Of a stretch of 49,691 nt of DNA, positions 1 through 12,300 are shown piece after piece; within the stretch, counting starts at the first letter, position 1; each line of letters begins with the position of its first letter. The DNA comes from Klebsormidium nitens (lineage: Eukaryota; Plantae; Klebsormidiophyceae). The translations under genes and the position numbers were made by a program. The notes beneath the pieces were generated by a model. That model worked only from the letters and a program-made list of their open reading frames with translations, did no database searches and was not told where the DNA came from. Location: contig DF237153.1 in the NCBI GenBank assembly GCA_000708835.1, positions 96,741 through 146,431 of the forward strand, given 5' to 3'.

Positions 1-1670
1 GGCTATTGTACCCGCGCGTCCCGGGGGCCGGCAAGGGGTCCGGCAAGGCGTCACGCGTATCATCATATGCCGCTGTCGCCAAAACAGAAACCTCCAAACC
101 CTTTCTCCCTGATAAATCGGTTGCCGCCCCGCCCACGTCGCAACGTGGAGCGCATATGAGTTCCTGATGTGGCGGGATACTTGGTGCAACTTGCCAATCA
201 GCTGAGGTTGTTTCCGCAGAAGATTCAGTTGCAGCTTTGTCGTTTTCAGGGGCGCAACGAAATAAGCTCAGTTCGGGCGGTTGAGAGGGCCAGTTCGAGA
301 CGCTCCTCACTGCAGTCGGCACCCTTTTAGGGATGCGATTCCAGTTCCATGTTTTTCAGCAGTCATGGGACACGCTTGTACCGGTAGAGCAATGAGAACA
401 TCTTCATTAATGTCTACACCATCGCTGCATCACTGTACTCAGACTCTAGTTTAGGCATTGCAATTGCCTGCAATAAACTTACCGTACCTAGTATCAGACT
501 GCAGTCTATGTAGATTCCTTCCCTGTAAACTGAAAATGGATCTGGAGAGGGAGATCAACACAAGCCCAATGATAAGGAACAATGTGGGTTTCCAAGAGCC
601 CACATTCCAATCTTCTCCTCAAAACCTTCTCCTTCTGCTCCCTTTACTTACCAAGCTGCAGCCCTTTGGCCGGCACCTTCACCTCGACTCTTGTGGGCCA
701 TTCTCGGAGGGGCAACCAAGCAGCTCATTGACACCGGGAGCTATTCCAGGTGGGCCATTCATGTTTTGCGGGAATGTTCTTGCTGCTGCTTCCGAATCTG
801 AGGGGCTGTTGCGCCTATCAGTGCAACTCCATCCAAGCGGTGGTGCTTCTGGATTTTCTACAACATTTTAATGGGGTGGCATTTGGTTGACCACCTTCTT
901 CTGTCTGGCGTCAACCAACCAGGGCGCACTTTCTAGCAGTGCAAGCCTCCTTGGGATCGATTACCGACACCTGTCCAATAGGTGCCGATCCAATGAGCCC
1001 TGTTTAACGACTAGCTGATTTCCTTTGGTCCCCACATTGTGTCTTGCTGTTTTGCCCCCCGCGGCGCCAATGCTGTCAGTTTGAGGCGCCAGGCGCTTAT
1101 TAGCCAATGCTGCTGCTTTTAGGAGCTTTTCAGGCACGGGTATCCTGCATTGATTGGATTTGGCCAGCTTGTGTGGGCTGCGAAAGTTTCATTGCGGTCT
1201 TTGCTCCAAGGTTCTAACAAATTGAGGGATTCAAGGAAAGATGATGGGAGCAGGCTTTGATTCAATCAAGGACTACACAACCCCCCTGTAAAATTGGCGC
1301 TGCGCACTGATTGGCGTACAACATTTGGTGAAGGCCCTTGCTTGAACCACAAGCGTCTTTGAAAGAGAGACCGAAGGGCTCATAATCGAAAAGGCAGTTT
1401 TCAGCCTTTCTTTCCTGAATCTCATTGGGCTATGGTTGGGCATTCACCCATTTACGGAGGACTTAACTTTGTATCTGTCATGAATATCTCATTCACAATT
1501 TCAAGGGCGATGCATTCAACATTACCTGCATTGGGATGCTCCCAGATCGGATGCTGTTTGTCTCTCTTTCACTCCCAAGGTCCCTCTAGCTTTCAAGGAT
1601 CCATTCAAAGTGCCTCCACTGATATCAATCGGCTGACATTCTCCAACTACAGGGCTTCTCTTGAACCAAG

Positions 1671-4522
1671 ATGGCAGCGCAGATGAAGGTTCTCGTGGCG
1701 GCGGCACTCACGGTGTCAGCTCTGCTCTCTGTGGCTGACGCCAGGCCAGGACGCGCACTCTTACAAGGTGGGTTTGCCTCTTGGGAATGGCGGGTTTGCG
1801 GGTGAGCCTGATCATCCAGTCAGTCGAGTCCCCTGGCCAATGGTGTCAAAGCTTTGGGTTTGTGGGTTAGCAGCCTTGGTCATCGAGTTCGTGGGCTCTG
1901 GAAACCTGTGATTGAACCATACTTGCACGGTTAAGAAGACCGGTCAAGGGCTTATTAGTTGGAAAATTTGGGAAGGTAGTTGGTATTAACCTTGGCGGGA
2001 CAGTCAGTTCTGGACGCAAAAAGTTTACGCGCTTGAGAGAAGCTGTGTCAGGAAAGATGCCACCGCAAGTCCGCATCAGCCCAAGTTATTGATTGTCCGC
2101 CAGCAAGATCGTATGCAGTCAACGCACCCGAGGCTTGGCAGGATACCCAGGAGTCTCACTTTCTTGAACAACTTTCTTCCAACTTATGTGCACATCCCTC
2201 CTTTGTGATGGATTTGAGTCATTGTCTCGTTCATTGTATTGCAGTCCACAGCAGAAAAGCTATCCACTGAGAGTCTGTTTCAACATCTGTGGTAGCAACA
2301 GGTAGTCTGAGCGGAACAATGATCGCGCTCTTGCCATTCTGCTTGAAGATCTGGCCTTCAGGCATCCCCCCTGGCCCTTCCTCTTCTCAGCACAGCCCTT
2401 ACTCACAACTCCCACACATCAAGGCACCTCGCAAACGACCACAAAACTCTGTACCTACTATTCTAGGACCTTACATCAACTCCCGCTCGAGCTTACAGTC
2501 CCCTTGGGTCTGGTGATCAAACTACAGGTCAGAGCAATTGTGACGTCATGTCTAGCACCCCCAATGCCTGCTACAATGAGGACTGAAGCAGCTTTGTATG
2601 CTGTGGCTCAGAAAGCTGCCCTCACAGTCCGGGGCCAGTAGCGTTGTGTGCTTCGACCACCAATTTTTCAGCAACAAATCCTTAGTAACAATTCCCTCAG
2701 CAACGTTTCCATCCAAAACCCCAACCTCAGAACCTCTTTCAACTGGCACCCTATCTACTAAGACACTTTCCTTTACATCTTCCCCCTCTGTAACCGGCGA
2801 GCATCCAAAGTTCAAACCTTTCCCTTCCTGCGTGTCACTCTTGTCGCGTACACATCTGTCTAAGCAGCACTTCTTCTAATCCGCAAGCCGGCCCCCTCTT
2901 CTCCCAAACCTCCTTTCTCAAATCTTAGGTCCATCAGACGAAGTCATCTGCTCGTTTTTCTGAAGAGACTTTGCAGCGTACTCGTCTTCCTTCCCCTCCA
3001 CACAAACCAATCCCTCAAGTTTATCCTTGCTATACCCCGTTTTTTGTACCCCCTCTTACTAAGCGAACACCCCAAGAGTCGTGCCAAAACAGCCCCGGTT
3101 TGAAACCACATTTTCCAGAGCAAACCCTCAAGACTCCTGTCAAACAGCCCCATTTTGCGACCTCCTCTTTCAGAGCAACCCCCAAACCCTCCTGCCAAAC
3201 AGCCCCGGAAACGTCTTCTCAATTCTCTCCCCACAGGTAGCCGCACGATCACCGTCCACAACAATTGCTCCGAGACCATCTGGCTCGCCGCTCACACGAC
3301 CCCGGGCCATAACCTCCTGACCGAACCCGCCAGCCCCGTTCTCCCCCCGGGGGGCAGCGCCGCATACTACACCGACAACAACTGGATCGGGCGCATCTGG
3401 GGTCGTACCAAGTGCGGGGGGGATCCCTTCAGATGCGGGACGGCGGACTGCGACGGGGTGACGTGCAGATTCGGTGTGACGGGGACCCCCCCCGCGACGC
3501 TGGCGGAGTTCGCGATGACCCAGTGGGGAGGGCTCGACTTTTATGACGTCAGCGTGGTGGACGGGTTCAACCTGCCGATGCAGGTGAGGGTGCTAGAACG
3601 CGACTGACTGCTTGAAATGCACTTCAGACTTTTCCAGTCAGTGATGTGCAGCCTTTTACTTTCGAAGCTGGAGACGTGTCTCAGCTTGGATCATCCGGAA
3701 TCTCAAGAAATCCCTCCCAGATGCTCAAGAAGCTTCCCCCAAGCTTTGACAGATCTGGATCCATTGATGCTCCAATCCGAAGAACTGCGAAGTTACGCGG
3801 CAATATTTGAAAGGGAACGAGGGCCTTCAGCGTTTGACATCCCTCCCTTGTGGGCCGACTCCTGAGGATGTTGATCTTCGGCTCTTACGCTGCTGAATCG
3901 CCGGTTGGATCCAACAACATCTGCAACTGACTGTTTGCTAAGCTATCAGGAGACGTTGCTGCTGATTACGTCATTGCCTCTGTTCTACTCATAGCAAACT
4001 CGTAACCCCGTGGGTCCAATACTTTTTCTCCTCATATGGCTTTCGAGATTTGGGCACACCGTCCCGCAGCCTTCGTCTCCGTCTAATCTCGACCAACTAC
4101 CGAACCGTGTTCTTCGCAACCCTTGCACTTACTCCACGCTTTCCGTTTCCGTGCAGATCGCTCCGTCCGTTTCGAGCTGCGTCACCGCCGGCTGCGAGTA
4201 CGACATCGTGGCCACAAACAACTGCCCCGCGCCGCTCCAGCAAAAGGATTCCAACGGCGCCGTGATCGGGTGCTACAACGCGTGCGCGGCGCCCGAGTTC
4301 CAGTCCTCCCCCGACCTCGACAAGTACTGCTGCATCGGGAAGTATATCGACGCCGACGCGTGCATCGCCGTCCATCCGGACGCGTATACGACCGCCCATA
4401 AGCAGGCGTGCCCGCTCGCGTATTCGTACGCTTACGACGACGCGAACAAGAGCCTGTTTGCCTGCGCGCAGGCGAATTATGATATTTATTTCTGCGGGGG
4501 CCCCGGGTTGACAAAGTTTTAG
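1671..4522 (+). CDS. Secreted thaumatin-like protein (PR-5 family), 3 exons, 269 aa
   Basis: Exons 1671-1767 (MAAQMKVLVAAALTVSALLSVADARPGRALLQ, signal-peptide-like), 3237-3583 and 4157-4522. Introns are GT-AG and phases (1, 0) are consistent. Thaumatin motifs: WGRTKC..CGTADCDGVTC, TLAEF, DFYDVSVVDGFNLPM, CPLAYSYAYDD. 16 Cys counted. Confidence 0.93.
3062..3210. repeat. Imperfect tandem repeat, about 55 bp x3, before the thaumatin exon-2 acceptor
   Basis: agagcaa(a/c)ccc...ctcctg(t/c)caaacagcccc recurs three times. Confidence 0.65.
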
Positions 4523-6198
4523 GAAGTGGATGCGAAGAGACCGCCGGTAGAGCGGGGATGAGCCTGGTTGAGTTGCCGCGTTGCAGATTTGCTAGGGAAC
4601 ACCGATGCTTGAGAAGCTCGGGTTTCGATTGATGGCTCCCAGGGGTTGAGATGACAACAAAGTTGCTTTGTACCATAGTTTAGCGGCCATTATTTGCTGC
4701 GGAAATACTGTACTGCAGGCGCCACGCGTGGTGCTTTTTATTCGCGGCATCAAGCCGTGACAACACTGCTCCGTTTTAGACATTCGTTTGTTAAAGTAGA
4801 CTTCAACGTTCTTTAAAGACAGCTTGGCGCAAGAAGGTAGAGCTTGAGTTCGCTAATGAGGGCATTCAGAGACGCACAGCTCCCTAGCGCAGACTTTACA
4901 TTACTAGTCAAAAGTTGCTACAGTGATTTGCTTTCATTCATAATCGGGTCGGGCTTGCGGCGCAGTCGCGCTCAGAGAGCTAGCGGCAGAAGAGCTTCGA
5001 TGCGCAGAACTCAGTTTGCATTTTGGGAGGAGCAGCCGTTGCCAGCTTTGTTGGGCAAAGTAGAACTGGTGATACTACATTTGGATTATTCTTTACTTGC
5101 CAGATGACCTTGAGAGGCTTTGAAAGGTATTTTGAGTTGCGAAACCTACGGTACTTGGCTCCATGCCAACTTGACGAGTCTGAATACACGAGCTTTTAAA
5201 GTGGATGAATGTATAGCTGGGACTTATTAAGTTGCAGGTTCGGCGCCAAGGTTTCGCAAGATATTAATTGATTGAACGGGGTCTACCTGGTGAGTAGTCT
5301 ACATGGGCGGCCCCAACACAATCACGCATGTGGATATATAGACCTAGAGGCCAGCTCCAATGGTAGATCATGGAATATCCATACGAGGTCGGAAGAGCGG
5401 CCGCCAAGGAAAAATGCTGATGATGACTCAGCACCGCGTCTTCCATTGCTGCGCCTGCCCGCGAAACAATACGTGATGCATCACGTCTTTCATCACTGAA
5501 TTATTCTCAACAACTTCCCACTAGTCTCAGTGAATTTCAAGTTTTACCGCGATCCCCTCCGACAGTATACCCGGCTACTCAAAACTGCAACTCTCAACGT
5601 ACTGTCTAGCTTTGCATGATTGAACCCGGGGTCCACGGGGGAGGACTGTACATATTATCATAAGCGACTCTCTCTAGCTAAGACCGGGCCCGAACGCCCG
5701 GTTGGCCAGCGCTTGTGCGGCCCAGCTACACCGGCGGCCGGACCGGAATTCCCATTCGTGCAAAGCCGATGGTCTCTTAGAACATCATTGCGGCAATGAA
5801 GGACGGTTTAGAGTTTGACGCTTGGCTTCATGCCAAGGCAGCCAAACATGGTCCTGAGATTGCTTTACGTGACTTCAGTGCAACTGAGTTGAGCCGAATG
5901 ATGTTCCGAATACTCGGTCGGCGAGGCCCGGATAACGTAAGCGGCTAAGGCCCACAGACCCCAAAGCCAATCCTGATAGATCGACAAACTTGAAAGCCAA
6001 TCGAGTACGAGAGTTGAAGATTAGATCGAAGATGGTCGAGCGCTCAACACCTGTAGGAAGGCACACACTGTAGACTTTTTGCCAGACAAGTAGGTACCGG
6101 TTAGCGGACTGATAATCGTAACGAAAGGCCCGCCTGCTCTTGTTGTTTACTTTCGTACCGAATCCATGCCGGGCAATATTTTGGCAACTTGCTGATCC

Positions 6199-6300
6199 CT
6201 ATACCCAAGGGGCCCAGCCAATCCACATTCGTCCAACCAGGTTTGGATCCGTGGCCTGGTCGATGAGACACTCCACCTGTTGCTGGACTGTCGCGCAAAT
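6199..6300 (-). CDS. PRKDC: PRKDC terminal exon (FATC domain), absent from the ORF track
   Basis: After a cag acceptor it reads [33 protein letters not shown] (TAG at 6201-6199). This matches the DNA-PKcs FATC pattern QVxCLxDQATDPNxLGRxWxGWxPW. Confidence 0.95.
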   Translation of the reverse strand: MCATVQQQVECLIDQATDPNLVGRMWIGWAPWV

Positions 6301-9300
6301 CTGCACGGGCCAATGAGCTCGTCAGCCGTAATGTCTCTCGGTTACGCTTAACGGTCGACAGCTTTAAAGTGAGACCCAATACAGTCGAAACGAAAGATGA
6401 CCGTGATTCGACTTGGGAGATGAGTGGTTACAAAGCATTGGGTGCTGCGCGATTCTTGACAGGCGGAAGCTTTCCACTATGCAGCATCCATACTCCCGTA
6501 CTCCGTCGACAATACAATTGACCCTTTGAAAGTTAAGTTTACGAGCTGACATAACCAAACCCTTATGTCATCGAGCATCCCGCGCATCGTTGCTCGCACC
6601 TACTTCCGTCAACCAGCATAACGCGCCTTCGGTGATGCGGGGCTTTTCTTCACCCGTCCTCTTCCCCAGTGGCGTCATACCAGAAGTGTTGGAAATACAC
6701 CACGACTTTATGTTCAGTCAGCTTGAACCCACCTTTCCGTCGACTTTTGCCCGAGCATTCACTCGGGGGTCCCCCCGTACGATTCCCTCCAAGGAGCGGA
6801 AGAAGGGCTTTCCGTTGACCATGGACTGCTGCAGTTCCGCTAGGGTCACTTCCGCCGGATTCCAACGGGCCAGCTTGCGGGCGGCGTTCTCGATCTTTAG
6901 GCTCACGTGTTCCTGGAACGATCAGGGAAAACGTTTGGTCGAACGTAACGCGTCGCGACGTCTTCTTCTGACGACTTTCCTTCGCAGCAACCGAGAGTTT
7001 TTGCAGCCAATCACACAGCCTCGACGATTTTATCAGAGTCCGCGCTGTGCCGGAACGCAGCATCGCAGTTTTCCGTTCCGTTGTAGACAGGCGACTGAGT
7101 TAAGTCCTGGTGAAGGACTTGGGCTAAAGCTCTCGAAGGAGGACGCTAAAACGGCTCCGCCGAGGAAAAGACTAAAATGGCACGTCCAACAAAGCGTCGA
7201 CTAGAGACCCCACGACGTATTCTGTTCGAGAGCAGTCTACTGTGCAATCCAAATTGCAAACCCGCGCAATCGAGGGACAGTTCTCGTGATGGGCTCAGAT
7301 CGCGAAGAGAGTGCGGCAGGTTGCTCCTCCAATGGGCAGATCGGCATGGGCCGGAAGGAAAACTGAGGCGCTGCCAAATCGACCGAGTCCGCTCCACCAG
7401 ACTTGCTATTGCGGAACCAGCTGTTGTTAATCCCTCCGTTCAAAGTGGCTCCTTCGCACGACATTGAATAGACGGACGAAATCGGAAAAGAAAAGATCGC
7501 TGGATTCTTCAAATCCATGCTAATATTCTCCATCTGAAAGACTCGAGTTTTTCGGATTTGGTAGACAAACTTACAGATATAGTCAATCGAATGGATGCAA
7601 AAAGAAAAACTTGGGAAAGCGCACCTGCTCCAGGACCTCCATCTGCTCGTCTTCGTCGCCGTCTCTTAGCGCGGCGACCGCCCCCTTGCGACCTTTCGCC
7701 CCGAGGGCTGCCCGCCGCTTGAGCGACTCGTTGCGCCAGTCCACTAAGGGCTCCTTTACAAACACGTCCATCACCGCGACCAGGACGTCCTTGTTCTCCT
7801 GGAAACGTCAATAGAACTGAGATTGAAGATTTTTGGCTAGCATTTCTTTGTTTGAGGATCTAACGGCTGTAGGGATGTGGACCAGCAGCTCTTATTTTCT
7901 CTGTTTGGGGTTTTAGCATTTTCGCGACTTCGTTTTTGAGAGTTGCATGGTTATGATTGTGGACACAAAGCTTTTGCGCCCTCGCCACCCGGGTGGAGCG
8001 CTCTCCTGTCTCCTTTGAATAGCAGCACAAATAACGCAATTTTGTCATACAGGTATTACGAGCTATAGAACCTGGTCCAAACTCCAAACGACATCTGCTG
8101 ACATGTCGGAACAGGGCCCTTGTGACTAAGAAAAGTGAGAACTCAACACTGGATCATAGTGTGCCGTGCGCTTCTTCCCAACGGTTCTCGGCATACGGCT
8201 CAAAGACTCAATCCTGAGATAACGGTATTGAGAGCCGTGCAACGGAACTCTTGCCTGCAGCACGGTCATGACACGTGTCATGTCGATCTTGAGCAGGTCC
8301 AGCGTGTCCAGCGGCCTCAGCAGCTGCGCGAATTGGCGCGTGAGGCGGAACGGCACCAGCTCCGGAACCGGAAGCATCTGCGTGGCGGTGCCGAAGCTGT
8401 AGCCGAAGTCGATGGGCACCAGCGTGCCGTCGGCGACGTCCAGCAGGAAGTTCTGCAGGTGGCGGTCGCCGACTCCGGCTACGTACCTAAGAGAAGAAAG
8501 GCTTTCATCTCTTGGACGGCGGGGAGAGTGTGTTCTTGCGGACATTCGAAAAAGAGACATATCCTCAATTATCTTGCCATGTGTTACTTTCAATCCGTTT
8601 CGATTTTCGCTAATTTCTGACTCTTGCTTTTGTCAGCAAGCTGCCGGCAACATCCAGCAGCAGCTTATGCTATAGCAGTCGCCCACCCCAAACTATTTTT
8701 CTGCAAAACCAAAGCCCTCTTCAAAATCAAAGTCAGCCGAGATACGCCACACGCGACTCGGACACAAAACCCCACATTGCGGCACGGACCCTAGCATTCC
8801 AAACCTCAATATCTCGAGATTGTTTCAATGCTCTGCGGATTATCGGCGTCCCTACCCGCAAATGCTGAGGGCCGCCAGGCTGCGCGCGAACTGCCCCCGG
8901 AGCGCCAGGAAGCTCTCCGCGCCGGGCGCCTGCTGGGCGATCCCCGCCCGCAACGCATCGCTTGGTAGCTTCCCTCCCGCCACCCCTAGTTGCGCCTCGA
9001 AGCTCTGACGTGAGAGCGACGTGTAGCTCTTCTGGTACGCCTCTTGGAGTGACGACACCGCCCCGGTGTGTGACGTCAGCCACTGCTGCCAGCCCTTTTG
9101 GACGTCTGAGAGGAGCGTCTTGGCGCCGTCCGGGGTTTGGAGGTTCAGCGACGCGGCGAGGCCGCTGGCGATGACGTCATGGATGGTGCGCGTTGGGGAG
9201 ACGAACTCGAGCAGGCCGCACCGGGAGCTGACGGGGATGGCTCTGCAAATAGATTCAATCGAAAACCACTAAATACTGATTAATTAGATACTGTTGTTAC

Positions 9301-12300
9301 ATTCGTTAGTGTCAGGATCTGATAATCAGAAGGCACGACCGGGGGACGGGTGGGGTTGGTATGGGAGTTAAGAGTGGGTTTTGGTGCAAAGCGCGTCATG
9401 ATTCTCAATTAGCGCTCTTTTAGTCAAGCCACTGCACCAAGTACGTTCTTGTCAGTATCCATCATAGGTATGTTTCTCTGCGAGGAGGGGGGAGCTCTTC
9501 TAGTTAAGCCACGGCACCAGGTACGTTCTATTAATTACCCATCATATGTTTCTTTGCGAGGAGGGGGGAAGAAGCTACGAGTCGACCCAACTCAACTCAG
9601 ACGCGTTCCAAAGCCTAGGCATTTTACCACCCGACAGCGCTCCAATACACCCAGCACCCAACGCCGTTCGCTAAGTGCAGGCTGTGGTTGGCCTGTTGCA
9701 AAGTTGGCAGGCGGTTCCGCGGGTAGTAACATCATTTGACTTTATCAAGAGCAAGCGCTTTGCAAAAGTCTCAGGAGACGTCAGCAGGATTGCAAGCATC
9801 ACCCAAACAGCATGAGAAAGAAGCGCGGGCTCTCCTTAAACTCCCTTCCGCAAAGCTTTGCCTTTCAACCCTTTGGATGCTTTGCTCGCGCCTCCTGCGT
9901 TTGCATACTCTGTCGTACGCAACGACAGCTAAAGCGGTTTGTGCTGGAACGATCACGTCAGACACTCCACGAAAGATTTTGGACCAGCCTTTCAGACACC
10001 ATCTCTTCCGGACACTTTGTGCTCACCCGTACGTCCGCACGCCTAGCCTCCGCCGCGCGCACATCGGATCCACGCGGAGAGCGTTGTTCATCACCTCAAA
10101 CAGCTGCTCAATCCGCTGATCCAGCCGCAGATCCTCGCCGCCTTTCACCACAAACCGATACTCTTTCTCATCGCTCCCCCTAATGATCAGCACCTTCGGG
10201 CGCCGGATCGACGAGAAACACGTCAGGGTTTGGTCAAACCCGACGATGGTTACGTGAGACCCGGGGTCCGGCCGGCAAAATCCGCCGTACTGCCCGGGCA
10301 CTTCAATGCCCCCCGCGTCGCTCTCGGTGAAGTCCGAGATGGTGCCACGTGGCAGCTTCCCGCGCGCGCCACGTGGCGGCGCGGCGCCGCGCGACTGGTC
10401 GTAGTCCGCGAGCCACTTGGAGAAGCGGGAGAGCTGCATCTTGCCGTGAGCCAGGTCCTCTCTGTCGAGCACGTGTGACACGCTGGATATCGCGTTTTTG
10501 TACTCTGTCGCGGACATGCGCGCGAGCTTTACGCCATCTTTCCCGAGGGCGCTGACGATCTTGGACTCGAAGTTGCGCGCGTAGGCGATGAGGTCGTCGC
10601 CGGCCTGGCGCTCCGCGGCCGCGAGCGCGCGCGCGTCCAGGCAGTCCCTGCGCGGATAGCATGAGAAAGAGTCGTTCAGTGAGGGAATTGTTACGGACGA
10701 CGGTGACTCTTTGAGATTTTGGGCTTCTGCTGAATGGCTCAATGTCGCATGACGATCCTTTCGTGTGAAAAGAAGAGATTGGTGGTCGACAAACAGGAAC
10801 CCCGGACGTCGGTATCCTTTTTTTGCGGTGGACTCCTGACAGGTCTTTCATTCTAGTATCTCTACAACGACCGTCTGACGCAACGGAGAGCCTTACACTG
10901 CGGGTTTTTGCCCATAGGTGCTGGATCAGGTTGGTGAAACAAATGATCTTTTTGGAACAGCATTGCTGGTGTTGGTAATAAACGTCAGGATATTGTCATC
11001 CTGCTCTTGATTAATCACTGTACCGCAAAAAGAAGAAACGAAAGGACGTCTATTGCTCGTGAACTCCATCAGCTGCTGTACCCTAAAATAAGCTACCATA
11101 TCACAAACGCCTTTCGTATCGAGAACACAGGAAAGACTCACAACGCCAGATGCCCTTCTCTGAATAGTGATTGGACCAATCTGCTCCTTTGAGTTCAAGT
11201 TCTCCCTTCCCTCAAGCATTTACGCCAATGATTGTGTCCTGATCTCAACAAGGGATGCTTAGCAAGGTAGAAGGCGATCCATATTGTCTCGTCTTTTTGC
11301 GGTGACTTGCAGGCAGCAACAAAGTGACCAGACCCCGATGGTTTGGGCGGTCGCGCTTCGGCGATCAGATTTTGCGCTCACCTGTACATCTCTCGGAACG
11401 CTTCCTGCGCCCCCTGGTTGTCCCGCCGCTGGAGGCGCATGCTGATCTCGCTGAGCCAGTCCTTAAGCTTCAGGTTGGGATGCGACAAATCGCTCAGCGC
11501 GGTCACGAACTGGTCCAGGAGCGGGTTGTGCAGCAACCGGGCGACGCGGGAAGTGCGTTCTCTTGCCACGTCGCCGAAAGCGGGCTGGCTCACTGCGGAA
11601 GGTTGAGTGAGCCGATGAATGACTGTGCTTGGAGTGACTGCTCAATCTCAGGAGTCACTGAGTTGGGTCTGGCGTGTGTGCCAACGGAAGTCGGTACGGG
11701 GGTGAAAGCTTCTCAGTGGTCGTGCTGCTTTAGAAGCTGCAGTCCAGACAGGAGCATAAAGCAGAGGGATGTTGGCGATGACTGGACTTGAGTCCGAAAC
11801 AAGCGCCTCAGAATGCCTTCGTGACTTCGGGCAAACGTCACTTCCAGGCAGAACGCACGGCAGCCGTCCGCTCAGAAAACGCGACAGGAAACTCCAGTCT
11901 CCACGCTCTTACTTGTCTTCGACCAGAATGTTCTTGACTTTTGACGAGAGAAAGCCACGAAGAGACAGGGACGAAAGGATCTATTTACAAGAGGACAAAC
12001 CATCAGCCCACTAAAACCGGAAACAAGCGTCTCGTCGCCAGCGTCTCACCGTTGAACGGATAGTACAGGGCCTGCGGGAACTCCTCCGCGACCCGCTCCA
12101 GGACGCGCGCGAGCACACGCCCCTCGGGCTGCTCCATGACCGACAGGATCTGCGACACCCATGAGATGAACACCCAGCTCGGGACCGATTCGACGCCACT
12201 TTCGAACTCCGCGAGCGTCTCTTTGTTTTGGCCCACGAGCGCCAAAACCCTGGGGACTAACTGGTGCGGTTTGAGCGATGCGTCAAGGCTGAGGGCGCGC

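Larger units (their letters stand above)
7625..10230 (-). other. PRKDC: PI3K/PI4K-like kinase domain coding region of DNA-PKcs (exons 39-42)
   Basis: ATP-site lysine motif [10 protein letters not shown], catalytic DRHxxN (GDRHLQN) and DFG (IDFG) are all intact. Confidence 0.93.

Noticed and set aside
110-160. G-box/ABRE-like ACGTGG motifs
   Set aside because: Short motifs expected by chance, about 1.5 kb from the nearest ATG, with no supporting evidence.
458-1620. ORFs 458-871 and 1432-1686, and minus-strand fragments upstream of the thaumatin gene
   Set aside because: No recognisable motifs, frequent stops and no consistent splice pattern.
5670-5702. Hairpin ACCGGGC-6nt-GCCCGGT near CTAG, resembling a Helitron 3' end on the minus strand
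   Set aside because: The spacing is short, the base after CTAG is A rather than T, and no 5' TC end or second copy was identified.
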